Source of the DNA: Schmidtea nova
Lineage: Eukaryota
DNA length: 64,000 nucleotides
Assembly: GCA_044892505.1 (NCBI GenBank)
Contig: CM097882.1
Span: 209,374,001 to 209,438,000 of the forward strand
Direction: 5' to 3'
The notes under the pieces are model-generated. The model saw only the letters and a list, made by a program, of their open reading frames with translations. It did no database searches and was not told the origin of the DNA. Each line of letters begins with the position of its first letter. Position 1 is the stretch's first letter. Positions 22,251-36,214 of the stretch are shown here, piece by piece. The translations under genes and the position numbers were made by a program.

Positions 22251-23367
22251 AAATATAACATTGCGGTATTTTGAAATATATTGTTGCGGTATTTCGATAT
22301 ATATATTACGTTGCGGTATTTTGAAATATATTACGTTGCGGTATTTAAATATATATTATTTTTAAAAATATTTTTAAAAATATATTTGAACCATCTCCTT
22401 ATAATTATTTTGAATTTTGTTGTGAAACAAATAATTAACTTTAATTGAAGTTTAATCAAGTTTAATCAACAGTGGCTAAAATAATAAAAAACGGCGAGTA
22501 TATGCTTTGGTTTTTCTGACACTAATTTGTTAAATAATAATAATTATAAAGAAGTTGTGTCTGAGTACAGAATTTTGCGCAATATCATTTTATTAACAAT
22601 CGTGATGAATGAAACTAAAAAATAAAATAACGATTATAATATGAGAAAATGTTATTAAATGAACGAAAAATCCAAGTTTTCTTCCTCGGTTGACTCGGCC
22701 ACCATCACGTTTGAGTTCTTTGAATCGATTCTTGGACTATAATATCCTTCGACGACGAAGAGCCAGAATTGATGCACGTTGCGATTTCATTCTACAATTC
22801 AAAAATAAATATTTTATTGGCAACGTAAATACAAAACACATAATCAAAACTTGTTGAAGAATCTTTTGAAATTTATTACGTTGCGGTATTTTGAAATATA
22901 TTACGTTGCAGTCTTTTGAAATATATTTCTTTGAAATATATGTCTTTGTTAATATTGCACATGGATTGTTTAATTATTTTGGCAATGTGTTTGTTAACTA
23001 TGTGGTTGTTTAAAACTAAGTATGAAATTATATAGCATCGTGTTCATATAGCGGTGGCGGTTCGAATGATACAATTGGTACTTGGATTTTCGAAATTTTT
23101 GAAATTTTGAATTTTTGGTCCAAACTTAATTTTTTCGATCGGACAACTTAAAAAATGGTATTACCGTGTGCGTCACTGAAATGTAGAGGGACCGATACTA
23201 CTTTTAACCTTAGTACTTTAAGTAATTTGTTTTTGTTTCAAAATTTTATTTTTTGATCAGACACCTTCAAAAATGTGACCATCGTGTGCGTCACTGAAAT
23301 GCCTTGCGAACGATACCAAATTTGACCTTGTTATTTGTGCTTTTAAAATTTTAAAAAAATTATTTAA

Positions 23368-23930
23368 ATTTGAAATGAGGTATCGATGACGTCACTTTTT
23401 TCAAATTTGAAATGAGTCATCGATGCGTCTTGGTGTGAGTCTACAATGAGTCATTAGGGTGAGTCACCAATATGATGAGTCATCGATGAGTCATCGTTTT
23501 AAAATTTTAAAATTTTAAAAAATTTCTAAAAAATAACTTGTCAGAAAATAGCTGAGAGTGTGATGAGTGATACAAATCAAAAATAATTTCAAAAAAATTA
23601 AAATTGAGAAAGTTCAAAAAAAATTCTTATTTTTGGATGAGTCATAAAATTTTTGGATGAGTCATCGATGAAAAATCGATATGTCAAAAAAATTTTTTTT
23701 TATTTGGTGAGTCATTGTTGAGTCATAAAAATAATTTTTTAAAAAAGATTGTTTAAAAAAAATTTTGTTTAAAAAACAGAATATTTTTCGAAAATAATAA
23801 TGAGTCATCGATGAGTCATCGATGAGTCAGCGATGCGTCATAAAAAAGTTTGAAAAAAAGATAGAATATTTTTCGAAAAAAGGTAATAAAAATAAAGGTT
23901 AAAAAAAAAGTTTTTTAAAAAAAGTTTTAA
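23368..23930 (+). repeat. TGAGTCA-rich repeat, copy 3
   Basis: About 12 TGAGTCA plus one TGACGTCA. Confidence 0.9.
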
Positions 23931-24801
23931 TAAAATAGAAAATTTTTCGAAAAAAAGGTAAAAAAAAAGATAGAAAAATTTTTTTTTACCCCCCCTCGCC
24001 CACGCAAATTTTTTTTACCCCTTCCTCTGATGGGGCTCGGTAACTAACAAGTCTTTGTTTGCATTTACGCCCACACATTTCTTGACTCGACACATCTACC
24101 TACTAATTAATTATAATTTAGTTAATGAATGAATGAAACAAAAATGAAGAAAAAAATACAAACATTTTAAAATAGCGCACAAAAAAAATTTCAAATTTTC
24201 AAACATTTAAACAAATCACAATTTAAAAATCCGACCCAAAAACGCATGATAACTTATATGGATCCAGATAGAAAATATTTACCTACTGAAATTTTGTAGC
24301 CTGCAGCAGCTTTAATATGCTTTTCTAACACAATTTTATTATTGTTTTTAAAATAAACTTTTATTTTGAATATTTTATTTTATATTCCTAATTAAATTTT
24401 AATTGAATAATTTTCTTACTAATTTTCGAAAGAACTGTAGATTTACAGTCTTATAAAAATTAATTATTGAACGTTAAAAGTTCAGAGGTGCAACCAAAAT
24501 ATAAAAATAATTTAATTTTCCATTTATTCTAAAAAGGTCTATATTTTTGTATAACATTTTTATTATTATCTAAATAAATTTTATTATTTTATTTCAAATC
24601 ACTTATTTTTATCAAAATTTTTAACTATTGCAATTTACTTGGTGCGCCCAATAAGTCGTGAGACTAATATAAAAATAATAATAGTAAAAAAATTCATACA
24701 GACATATTTAAACTTCAAAATATATAGGTAAAGAAAATGTATTTTGTTTTAATAATCTATTATTGTTTAAGTATATTTTTGCGAACATTCGTAAAATGCC
24801 T

Positions 24802-26103
24802 CTAAAAAAGAATATTATAGACCTTCCAAATTCCTCTCCCTTCATGGACTCAGTTATCTATGCTCCCAAGGAAAAAGGTGGCATAGGCATAACAAAAATA
24901 AGAGATGAACAAATGATACAATGTATAACAAGATTTATTAAGTTATACAATAGTAATCATAAGGCAATAAATAGAATCCTTGTGGAAGAACTGATTGATA
25001 TAGCAACTGTCAGATCCGAAATTCCTATCTCATCAATCTCCAAAGCATGTAAGTGGCTTGATGGCTCCATCCCTTACGTCAAGAAGAATAGCACTAAAAC
25101 CTCCTGGCTAATGAGAGTCAATAATGCCATTGACAACCTAAGAAAAAATCACAATATTAATATAAAATTTACCTTTAGAGGAATAATTCTCGGTACAGAA
25201 ACAGAATGCTCGGCAAAGGATAAATCTACGCTTACCTATGATGTCCAAGAACTTTCCAAAAACCTTCACTGGATGTTGAAAGAACAATACCTTATCACCT
25301 GTAAAGCTGCTACATGCCAAGGTTATATCCACAGGCTCCCAGTCTCAGATTATATGGAAAAATCCTTTCCAAAAATACTCCCCGATAATGAATGGCGATT
25401 TCTTGTCAAAGCATGGTCTAATATGCTCGATCTCAACTTCAAGCAATCGAATCAAGGTGGGAGAATTGGATCGTTAAGCTGCAGAAGATGCCAATATATC
25501 AAAGAATGCTCTCCTCATGTCATCAACCATTGCAACTTTGGAAATGCAATTAGAACCGCAAAGCATAATGAAGTCCAAAAACTGCTTGCAAAACTCCTAA
25601 AATCCAAAGAGTTGGCCTTCGAGCTTGAATCCAGACCTCCTGAATCCACCCAAAATCTTCGACCAGACATCATCATTCGTCAAAAAGATAAAATAACAAT
25701 ATTGGATATCAAGTGCCCCTTCGATAATTCCAGCTCTGTGGAACAGGATCGTAGCAAGAACTGCGATAAATACCGACTTCTAGCTACCGAAATCCAAACA
25801 GTTACAGGCATCAAGACCACAGTCCAAACGTTCGTGATTTGTTCCCTTGGTACGTGGGACAAAATAAATAACGATGTCCTCAAAATGCTCGGTTTCAAAT
25901 TCTCTGATTACAAAAACTACAAAAATGATATGATCAAGAAGGTGATAACCGGATCCCGAATGACCTACGACTTTCATCGAGGGTTCAATGTTTAATTCCT
26001 AGTGTACTCTAGCTCCAATTGATGTCCCATTATCTTCGAAGTTTCGAGATAATTGCTATACTTGTCCTTAGTGGCAATTAGAATTGTTGTATTAATAAAT
26101 TTT
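24802..26103 (+). mobile_element. 5'-truncated RLE-type (NeSL/R2-superfamily) non-LTR retrotransposon
   Basis: ORF 24763-25995 with RT thumb remnant (PKEKGGIGI), CCHC knuckle CRRC...HVINHC, KHNEV, LRPDIII...ILDIKCPFD restriction-like endonuclease; 3' UTR ending near AATAAA. Confidence 0.9.
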
Positions 26104-27132
26104 AGTCATTCAATACCGTAGCATTATTCGCTTTCTCTTTCTGAAAGGAAAAAATAGATAAAAGGTTCTTTCTGAACTGAAAACTGTTTACCAACAAGAA
26201 TACCCATCCACAGAAACAATTTATCGTTGGTTCAATTACTTTCAGAGTGGTAGAACCTCCGTGGTGGACGAAACAAGATCTGGAAAACCCTCAGAAATTG
26301 ATGAAAAAATAACGCAAAAGCTGCAGACAATCGTGCAAAATGATAGAAAAATAACGACGAGAGAGCTCACAACCCGTCTAAATGTGAGCAAAGGTACTAT
26401 GCATACTGTCCTCACTGAAAGTGGTATTCGAAAACTATGTTCCCGTTTTGTGCCACGCTTCTTAACGGTGGAAATGCGACAACGACGCTTGGAATGCTTC
26501 TTGGAGAATCTGCAGATCAGGACCAATGTTGGAGACAATTTCATTGATAATATCATCACTGTGGACGAGACACCGTTGTCCCTTTATGTCCCCGAATCTA
26601 AAAGAGAGTCTCAAGAATGGAAACTGCCAGGAGGAAGCAGCTCACTGAAAATGCGGTCCTCAACTTTCCACCGAAAGGCTCTCATGCTGATGGTTTTTGG
26701 GACGCCAATGGCATTATTCTGACTTACCTTGCTGAATCCGGCGTGAAGATCAATAGTTCTTACTACTCCAACATTGTGGAGCAAGCAAGGAAGGCATGAC
26801 GCAAGAACAGAGTGTGTGATCTCTATTTTTTACACGATAATGCTCCCATCCATACCAGCAGCGTTTCCATGGCCAAAATTGAGCGTTGCGGGCTCAATTG
26901 GCTTCCCCATCCACCATACAGCCCTGATTTGGTTCCCTCCTATTTTTTCCTCTTTAACCATCTTAAGAAGCATCTGCGGGGCCAGGTGTTTGCCAACAAA
27001 CATGATTTGAGAGCAGTGGTGGAGAGTTTTCTGGGAGAAAAGCCTCCAAAATTCTTCAAAAACGCCTTCGAAAACCTCGTTATTCGCTGGGAAAGTTGTG
27101 TCAGTGCAGAAAGAAATTATTTTGAGAAATGA
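26104..27132 (+). pseudogene. Mariner transposase, frameshifted
   Basis: IQYRSIIRF, TIYRWF, RSGKP, TVDET, LHDNAP, PHPPYSPDL; third catalytic Asp replaced (PSYF); frameshifts near 26155, 26700 and 26800. Confidence 0.92.
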
Positions 27133-27532
27133 TGCCTATTTACCATGCTTGTTCTAAATACAAAGTTTTGTGTTGATATCTTAAGTCTTTCTATTTTAGT
27201 CTCACGACTTATAGGGCGCACCACGTATATTATTGAAATTTAATTCATTGCTATTTCTTTTTAAGTTTTTATAATTTAAATTTCAAAATTAAAATAATTA
27301 AGAAATAAATTTTCTAAAATTTTCCTATTTTGTGTAATTTCTAATTTAATTCTGTTTTTGTGCTCTTTTTATGTTTTCGTGTATATAGTGGTTGCAACTT
27401 TCGTTGCCCATACAACTAAAACAAAAGTGAAATAGGTGCAATAAAACATTTATTTATATGGTTTTTGAACTGCTTCTTTTTTCGTGCTTTTTTAAACAAA
27501 CATTTTTTGTAAATAAAAATATTTAAATTTTT

Positions 27533-27578
<46 letters not shown>
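27533..27578. repeat. (TA)n microsatellite
   Basis: Perfect TA run. Confidence 0.95.
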
Positions 27579-27582
<4 letters not shown>

Positions 27583-29920
27583 GTGAACCAAACTGTTATG
27601 TATTGTTGGGCAAAAACTGCAAATTGTTTTAATGAAACAGTAAACCCATAAGTAGAGAGCGCGCAAGATGCAATTTTAACCCAAACACCCATTAAATACC
27701 AAAGTTATTAAATGAGAGACACCAAAAAGGTGAAGTGGACTCAAGCACATCCACAAGTAGAGAACGCGTTAGCTGTGAATTTGCAAGTCCTTACACTAAA
27801 ACCTCGAGAAAAATTAAAAAAGCGGAAAACCCATTGAAAATGCCCATAAAGAACAGAATTGTGTCATAAAACTTCAGTGCAGAAAAAATTAACAAAATTT
27901 TAGAAGAAAATTTTGATTTTATCATAAAATTTCACATTAAAGATAAAAAGAACTAATTTTGATCGAAAGATAGCAAATTAAATCAAATTGAATAAATTTT
28001 AATTCAAAAATAAAAATTTTGGATTAAAAATAAATTATTTATGGTTTATAAAAATTATTACGTAAAAATATTGATTTAATTCGGCGAAAAATTATTAAAA
28101 TTAATTTAGAAAAATTAAAAAGAACATTCTAGAACAATTTGTTTTACTGCATTAGTGAAGGTAACACACAATCGATGGTATATATACCGCCATCAAAATG
28201 GCAAAAATCAGAATTTGTGGAAACCTTAATTTTTATTTTCCATTTATTTTCGAAGAATTTCAATTTTAATTTAAACTCATTTCCGGAGAAGTTGTGGAAG
28301 AAATTATCAGAACTTCCAAAAAAAAATCTTTGAAATAATAAGAAGTTACTTTTCCATGAAATTTTTCAGAAAAAAGTTTTAGGAGATTTGCCAAGGAAAT
28401 TTTTCCAAGAGATTTCCCAGAAAAATTTTCGGAGAAGACCTTTCAAGAGAAACCCTTCACCGTTGAGCAGAAGAGCAGTAACCAATTCATTATTAACATC
28501 CGGAAGACATATTGTTAGGTGAGGGTTTGGTTATTTAATTTTTTCTGTTAATTACTTGTCGATTTATCGACATGGAAGGCCCCAGAAGTCATGCCCCTTG
28601 GACATCCCATATCGACATCGCTCTTATTTAATTCATTTAATTATTTTTATTTTTTATTATATTAATAATGAAAATATTATATTTCATAGTTATATGATTT
28701 TATCTCTTAATTTTTTTTTTCATTAACATGATCACAGATTCCCATAGTTATAATTTCAATATTCTAAATATCAGTTATCAAATAAATAATTTTTTTTTGC
28801 TTCCATACCCCCTGAAACCTGTTTCTGGCCTTGTGCCGAGCGGGTGGAGGTAGCCTGAGCGGATCGCTGGTTCGATTCGTAATCGATCAGCCCATATTTC
28901 CGACTTCAGGTGATACGCCCAAACATCCATGATCACTTCATCCCAACTGGGGAACAGTGGCTTGGCCAAGGGCAAGGTGTTATATTAATGATCTGTAATT
29001 TATAGTATTGTATTTTATCTGAATTATATTTTTAAATGTGCACTTAAAACCTGATATTGCATAAAACCACTAACGTCAACACATCCAACAATGTCTTTTC
29101 CATCATATAAATTATCAGTACAAGAATATTCAACTCGTTATTCGCCTTCACTCTCACAACAATTGTCATCTTATCTGAAAATACATGTCAAATGAAGGCC
29201 AATATTGAAAAAGAATCGTTCAAAATAATGTTCAAAGCCGATAAAATAATCACCACGAAACGAAATATGAAGACAAGTATTGATTTATTTGAACTAAACC
29301 TCATTAAATGCATAATTACTTTTTCTCCAATAAATAATTTTTCTCCAGTGAACCTTGTTTTCAGGAGCCTGAAGTTCTCAAGTTAAGTGTCTCGAAAAAT
29401 TCGCGTGCACTTGGTTCGGGAGATTCATGCTCGAACGAAACCGAAATTCACCTTACTCGATGTCGAAAACTATTATGAATTAGAATTGATTGTTAATGAT
29501 AACCGAACGAAGATAGAAAAGCTGAAGTAAAAATTTATTGTGAAAACTACTTTAGATCAACAGGTTTGAAACCTTGTGAAATTACTGATCCAGAATTTAT
29601 AATAAAAGTATTTGTATGACGATGGATAAATTTTGAGTTACTTCTTTATTTTAATTTACTTAGGAAAAATGTATGAATTAAAATTTTAGTTATTGTGAAA
29701 AATGCAAATCTTAATTATAAAACCAAAATTTACTTTTTAGGAACTATATCAGGGAAAATTTATAATGAAAAAATTATAAATCAAAAATTTTCCTAGGAAT
29801 TTGTAAATCAAAAATTATATTGGAACACATGAAAATTTATTATTATTATATTAAAAATTTTATCATTTTATAAAATTCCAAATTCGAAATTTCGTAGAAA
29901 AATTTACAATTAATATATAT

Positions 29921-32900
29921 TGTTGGGCCAAAACGCAATTTGTTTTAATAAAACGATAACCCCATAGGTAGAGAACGCGCAAGATTCCATTTTTAACCTT
30001 AGCTTCCATTAAAAATCCAACAATTAAGTGGAAAACACCAAAAGGTGAAGTGGAATCAAAACACATCAACCGGTAGACTACGCGCTAACGGCGAATTTAT
30101 AAATATTTTCACTGAAATCGCGAGAAAAATTAAAAGCAGAATGTTTGGAAGCTAGAATAGGCAAAAAACCCATGGAGAATGCCCATAAAGAACAGAATTT
30201 TGTCATAAACCTTCAAGTGCAGAAAAATTAACACAATTCTAGAGGAAAATTGTGAATTTATCACAAAATTTCACATATAACAATAGAAAGAATTAATATG
30301 GATCGAAAATCATAAATTAAATCAAATCGAACAAATTTCGATTCAAACATAAAAATTTTGAATTAAAATAAATTATTTATAGTTTATAAAAAATTATTAT
30401 ACAAAAATATGGAATTAATTTTCGGAAAATCATTAGAATTAATTTAGAAAAAATTAAGAGAAAATTCTAGAACAATTTGTTTTATTGCATTACCGAAGAT
30501 AGAGAAAATTTGATGGTATATATACCGCCATCAAAATGGCAGAATTCAGAATTTGTGAAAATTTTTCCGAAAAAATTTTTTTTTTATTTATACAGAATTT
30601 GTGGAAAACTTTGTAGAGAAAAATATTTTTTTAAAATCCTATTCATAATTTGCAAGAAAATTTTTCAAAAAGATTAGAGAAATCTTTAGCAAAAATAAAG
30701 AAAGTCTCAGAAGATTTCAAAGAAACGTTCCAGCAATTTTCCTGAAAAAATCTTCTTAAAAGAATCTTTTCCTCCACCGTTGAGCCGAAAAGACACTACA
30801 AATCCTTTACGAACGTCCGGAAGCCGCATTGTTATAAATTTGAGAAAATTCGAGCTTGGAATGTAAGGATTGTTTTATTTTTATTTTTATTCTCTCTTTA
30901 ACCTTGTTCGAGGGGTATGGGATCGTCGGTAATCATGCCTGTCGATCATCCCATTCCTCTCGCTGTATTAATTGATATGATATTTGTTATTTGTTAATTT
31001 TAATTTAATGCTAACACATTATTATGATATTATTAAAATAAATTATTTGATTCATATTTTATTCGATTTAGTTTCAAATTTTTTTTTTTTGTTATTATTC
31101 CTATTGTCACAAATTCCCAAATTGATTAAAATTTCATATAAGCATTTATCTAAATACGAAAAAATAAAAATTTTTTTTTCTCCCATATTTTCTGACGATC
31201 CGTCCAGCCTTAGTTGTGCGGATCTGTTAGTAGCCTGGGTGGATCGTTGTCTGATTTGTAATCGGCCAGCCCATATTTCCACTTTAAGGTGAGGCTCATA
31301 CATCCATAATCTCGTCATCCCAACTGGGGAATCGTGGTATGGCCAAGAGCAAGGATTTGTTATACTAATGATTTTTATTATAATAGAGTAGTATATTTTT
31401 ATTATCTACATAAACATTTTCGTAATATAACACAACATTTTCTAATTCATGACTTGAAATCTAAAATAGGAAATATTATTGATTAAAAATCGACTCGTAC
31501 TCACCTTCACCTTCACGCTCTCAATCGACGATCATCTTATGAGAAAACACAAGAAAATTGGAAGCTAATGATGAAAGGAAAATCGTTCGAAATAATGCTC
31601 AAAGCTAGAATAATGCTCCTGAAATGAAAACGAATTGTGAAACAAGTATTGATTTGATCTGAATTAAACTCATTATTGTCTAAATAAGTTTTCCTGTGAA
31701 TCTTGGTTTTCGAGAGCCTGAAATTCCTAAGTGAAGTGTCCCGAAAAATTCGCGTGCACTTTGATTGGGAAATTCATGCTCAACAAAACCGAAATTTACT
31801 TCACTTGATGTTAAAAATATTCGTTGAAAAATGTATAACTTATTTTATTTTTATTTTTATTTAGCATATAAAAACCTTTTAGATTAAATGCTTACTTGGA
31901 TTTCGAAATTTATGGATAAAAATTTATTATCATTTCATTTGGATCAGGAATAAAAATTTGCTTTTTATTATGTTGAAAAGATTTTATAATGAAAAAATTG
32001 TAAACCAAAAATTTTCCTAATATTGTTAATATATAAAAGATTTTATCATTTCATAAAATTCCAGAGAATTTGCAAATCAAAAGTTGTATTAAACCCCCTA
32101 AAAATTATAGATTAAAATTTTATTATTATATTGATAATTTTTATCTTTTTATAAAAACCTGAATTCGAAATTTTATAGAAAAAATTTACGATTAATATAG
32201 TTATTCTTAAAATATAAAAATTTAAATTCAAAAAACCTATATTATCAAACTTATAAATTTTATCATCATTTAATAAAGTTATAAATTAAAAATCCGTAAA
32301 AGTATTGAAAAAAATTATTATTATTATTTTAATTTAAAATTATTATTATTATTTTAAAATTATTTTATATAATATAACTACCCCCACGATATCTTAAAAA
32401 TAATGATACATCACTCATTGCAAAAAATCACACCCTTTTCACTCAATAGCATCATCCATACTAATACTCAAGCAACCTACATATAAAATACAATATACAC
32501 ACATGCACAGTAACATTCAATAACATTCAACAATCATATACACACAGACAAACCATACCAAAAATTCCACACAGACATGCTAGTTGGAATCGTACATCTG
32601 ACCACACTCACGAGCACTCAATTGTTTTCAATCACCCATCCACAAATCACACACAAACTACCCATGTGTAGCAAATAACTCCCTATGACATTGTTTCCCT
32701 CTTTTTACATTTATTAATATCATAAAAAGTAACTAACTTTCGAATTATCACCATTATAGTATTAACCCCCTAGAAAAAATAACTTAGAAATTTACGACAC
32801 TCAACAGTATGAAGTCTATTTTTATTTATATAGACAAAGAGGTATTCCCAGAAAATTACGAGAATCCACGTTTGACTCTCATCCGAATTCTATTATCCAT

Positions 32901-34337
32901 TATTATTCGTGAAATAAAAAGCCATGATGTCACAAGGGAACATCCATAGTTCAGTGACATACGATTAAATAAAAAGCAAAGGCATCAATATTATGTATTG
33001 AATAAAAATAGCAACAAAAAAATTAAAATAAATAAAAAACCGAGTTGTTCACACTTTATTATGGCACAATAGACAACATTTTCTTTTGGAATATTGAGTT
33101 CGAAAAATCCTCGTTTCATGAGGGAGTGATTGCCTTCACTACATTTTATCATAATATTGAGGATGGAGAATAGGATTGCATAAAAATTTTTCACGATAGA
33201 GATTCTCCACGTTGAAAATTTTTTCCACGTAAAGAAGAAAAATAAATCCATTAAATTTTCCAAGTTATGAATTTTATTTTTTTGTTGTCGTGTTTTTTGC
33301 CTGCTTGTCGATTTCAGTAGACTGGTGAACTGAGAGTCTAGAAACCGAACAATGTTTTAAATAAAAAAATTCATAATAGAATCAAATTACCCTCAAAGGA
33401 GATCGTTGATATCTGAAAGTGAAATAGAAAATCGATAATAACATTATCGAAAATCTCTTAGTGTCTAAACAACCAATCAGGTTGAGCCTATTTGTAAATA
33501 GGCAAGAATCTAATAAATCCTTTGGTTATTTTAAAAAAGGATTAAATATTTTTTGATTAAATAAATTTTTAGTAAAAATTTTTTTAAAAAGTGCACTCTA
33601 ATTTTGCAGGAAATTTTAAATTTGAATTAAGAATTTAAATAAGTTAAAAAGACCGAAATCTGATGATTATAAATTATAAGCCAAAGTTTTACTAGATCAA
33701 TTTCATTACCAAGGCCTCAGAGAAATTTTAAAGTTAAAATGTTGAAATTTTAATAAATATTTTATTACAAATTTAGAGCAAGATAGACAATAGGATTAAG
33801 ATATAAATAGAGTTTACATGAATTTTAAATATAAAAAACATAACAATTTAAGGAAATCGCGATAATGATAAAAATTTGGGTCTAAATAAGGGTAATTTAT
33901 ATATTCCCAAATATGTGCATTTTCTGAAGGAATAATTGATCACCTAATTGAGTTGCGATAATATTTTCGAATGCATGCTTGCGAATAGAGTAAAAGCGCT
34001 CAAATAAATTAATTGATTAATAAGTAAATCACAGTTTGGCGAAAATATTCAAATGAAAATCTCGTATAAAACATCTACCGTGATAGAGCAGATAAATTAA
34101 GGGGGACAAAAATGGGCAAGAAACCTTCCATCGGTAGCCCTTGGACCCAGGAGATATTCGGTCAATCATAGTTTCGTATTGACGACGCTCACTGATTGCG
34201 AATACCCACCCACTTGTTACAGTACCAACGTTACATAGTGACGGGTAGCAAGATGGTTTTTTCAATGTTTTATGTGTTGAGTTGTTGATGAGAGCCATAG
34301 TAACGTCAAGGTCATATTGACGATCAACAACCCACCA
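29921..34337 (+). mobile_element. 4.4-kb solo LTR (inner)
   Basis: TGTTGGG...CCCACCA termini, ATAT TSD; homologous along its length to the outer LTR. Confidence 0.92.
34110..34337 (+). ncRNA. Conserved structured RNA element at LTR 3' end (copy 2)
   Basis: ACCTTCCATCGGTAGCCCTTGGACCC core; stems TATTCG/CGAATA, TTGTTAC/GTAGCAA, GTTGTTGAT/ATCAACAAC. Confidence 0.7.
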
Positions 34338-36214
34338 ATATGTATATCCTTAAAATGTAAAAATTAGAATCCAAAAATTTATATTACAAAAATTTGAAAT
34401 TTTATTATTAAATGACATTTATAAAATTCTAAATTTAAAATTTAGTAAAAAAAAGAACTGTAAAATTATTATTATTATTTTAATTCTAAAATTATTTTCA
34501 TATATTTTGTATATTATTTTATAAAATACCCCCTAAAATCACACACAACCCTATTTGCAAATCATAACACCCAAACTATTCAATAACATCATCCATACAT
34601 AACACCACACAAAAGTCCATTCATTTAACAATACACACGCACCACACACGCACCACACCGTATCACTCAATAACATTCATTAACAACATACACCCAAACA
34701 ATTCATACAGGAAATCTGCACAGTTATGTTAGTTAGTATCATACATCTATAACTCATATAGGCACTCCTTTAATCACATCCATATCCACATCGCTTATTT
34801 TATCCAACAGACAAATAAACACACCAAAACATGCATTTATAACAATAGGAAGTCCACCACCAATCTATAATAGAAAACATACACGTAATCACCACAATAG
34901 GAAATTTTCTACAAATCTATAACAAAATATAGCAACATCATTCACCTTCAGACCATCACCTTAGAAATTACTATCATTTACCTGTGAATATACCTCTCTG
35001 ACAATGTAATTTCTAGTACAACTAGCCAACAGTTGATAATGATTTATATATACCCTATTTTATATTTTAGAAATTATAATAATAAAAAGACATTTGAGAC
35101 AAAAATATATTGATAACAAAAATAATTTCAAACAGTTCCAGAAAACAGTCTGGTAGGGATTTCACATAAGGAAGTAGATTCTATTGAAGAGTAAAACTAC
35201 ATCCAATTAGGGTATGATTTTCGAAAATATCCAATTGTATAATACGTCTGGCAGGTATGAGAGCGGAACCAAAATTTATTCCACAGAACAATTGCCGCTT
35301 GCGACGTTTGATAGAGATTTTTTTTCTTTTGTGGTTCGTCATCGGAAAACTGCTGGAGAGTTTTTATTTAAGTCCTCGAATTCAAAGGGAAAAGAGATAT
35401 TGGCCTAACCCAAACTTGGCATTGAACAGCGAATGTGGTAAATCTAGTGGCCTCTAAATCAAATGATAATAAAGTAAAAATATATCTATAAATTTAAATT
35501 ACCATTTTCGACGATGACAAATTTTCCAATTGGTTGGAATTTCCTAATAGGAGGTTGAGGGAAATAAACTAAATAAATTGTAATTCAAATTATTATCATA
35601 TATAATTGAGGGGAAATAAATTTTTCTTCTGGTTTAAACAAGAAGAATATTTTCGTTTAGTAAATTGCACCTAATTTTGTTCCAAATTAATTTAAAAATG
35701 CAAAAAATTTTTAAAATTAAATTTAAGAATTAAATAATTTCAAAGGACCGAAATCTGATGGTTATAAATTATAAGCAAAAGTTTTACTAAATCAATTTCA
35801 TTACTAAGGCCTCAGCAAAATTTTAAAATCAAAATGTTGAAATTTTAATAAATATTCAATTATAAATTTAGAGCAAGATAGACACTAGGATTAGGATATA
35901 AATAAAGTGAATGTTATAAAACATGATGAATTGGAAAAAACTTCAAAAATAAGAGTCACTCAAATAAAATTAACGACTATTAGATATTATTATATACATT
36001 TTTATAGGAAGAATTAATCCCCGAATTGAGTTTGCGATGATATGTTTGAGTTTGAGCTTACGAATAGAGTGAATGTGCGAAAATTCCCGAGAATTTAGAT
36101 AATACCGAGCATAATGATTGATTGGGACAAATTAATAAATTTTAATTGACGAAATTACTTCATTTTTGTTAATTTAAAATATATATCTGCAGTTAAATCA
36201 TGTGAGAAGGGACG

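Larger units (their letters stand above)
24638..27225 (+). mobile_element. Mariner (DD34D-type) transposon, interrupted by a non-LTR insertion
   Basis: 29-bp TIRs CTTGGTGCGCCCAATAAGTCGTGAGACTA / TAGTCTCACGACTTATAGGGCGCACCACG (27/29 match), flanked by TA on both sides. Confidence 0.93.

Noticed and set aside
23045-23070. tRNA gene (GGTTCGAAT)
   Set aside because: T-loop-like motif only; no cloverleaf or A box.
33655-33700. Hammerhead ribozyme core CTGATGA
   Set aside because: No GAAA after the stem, and the sister copy at ~35755 reads CTGATGG.
34110-34215. Definite HDV-like ribozyme
   Set aside because: P3/L3-like and CGAA pieces are present, but P1/P2 do not close cleanly, L3 lacks the conserved G, and the 2.5-kb LTR copies lack the catalytic C context; kept only as a hypothesis.
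34283-34333. SECIS or C/D snoRNA (ATGA...GA)
   Set aside because: Helix 2 geometry does not fit, there is no selenoprotein or D box, and it is better explained as the LTR terminal stem.
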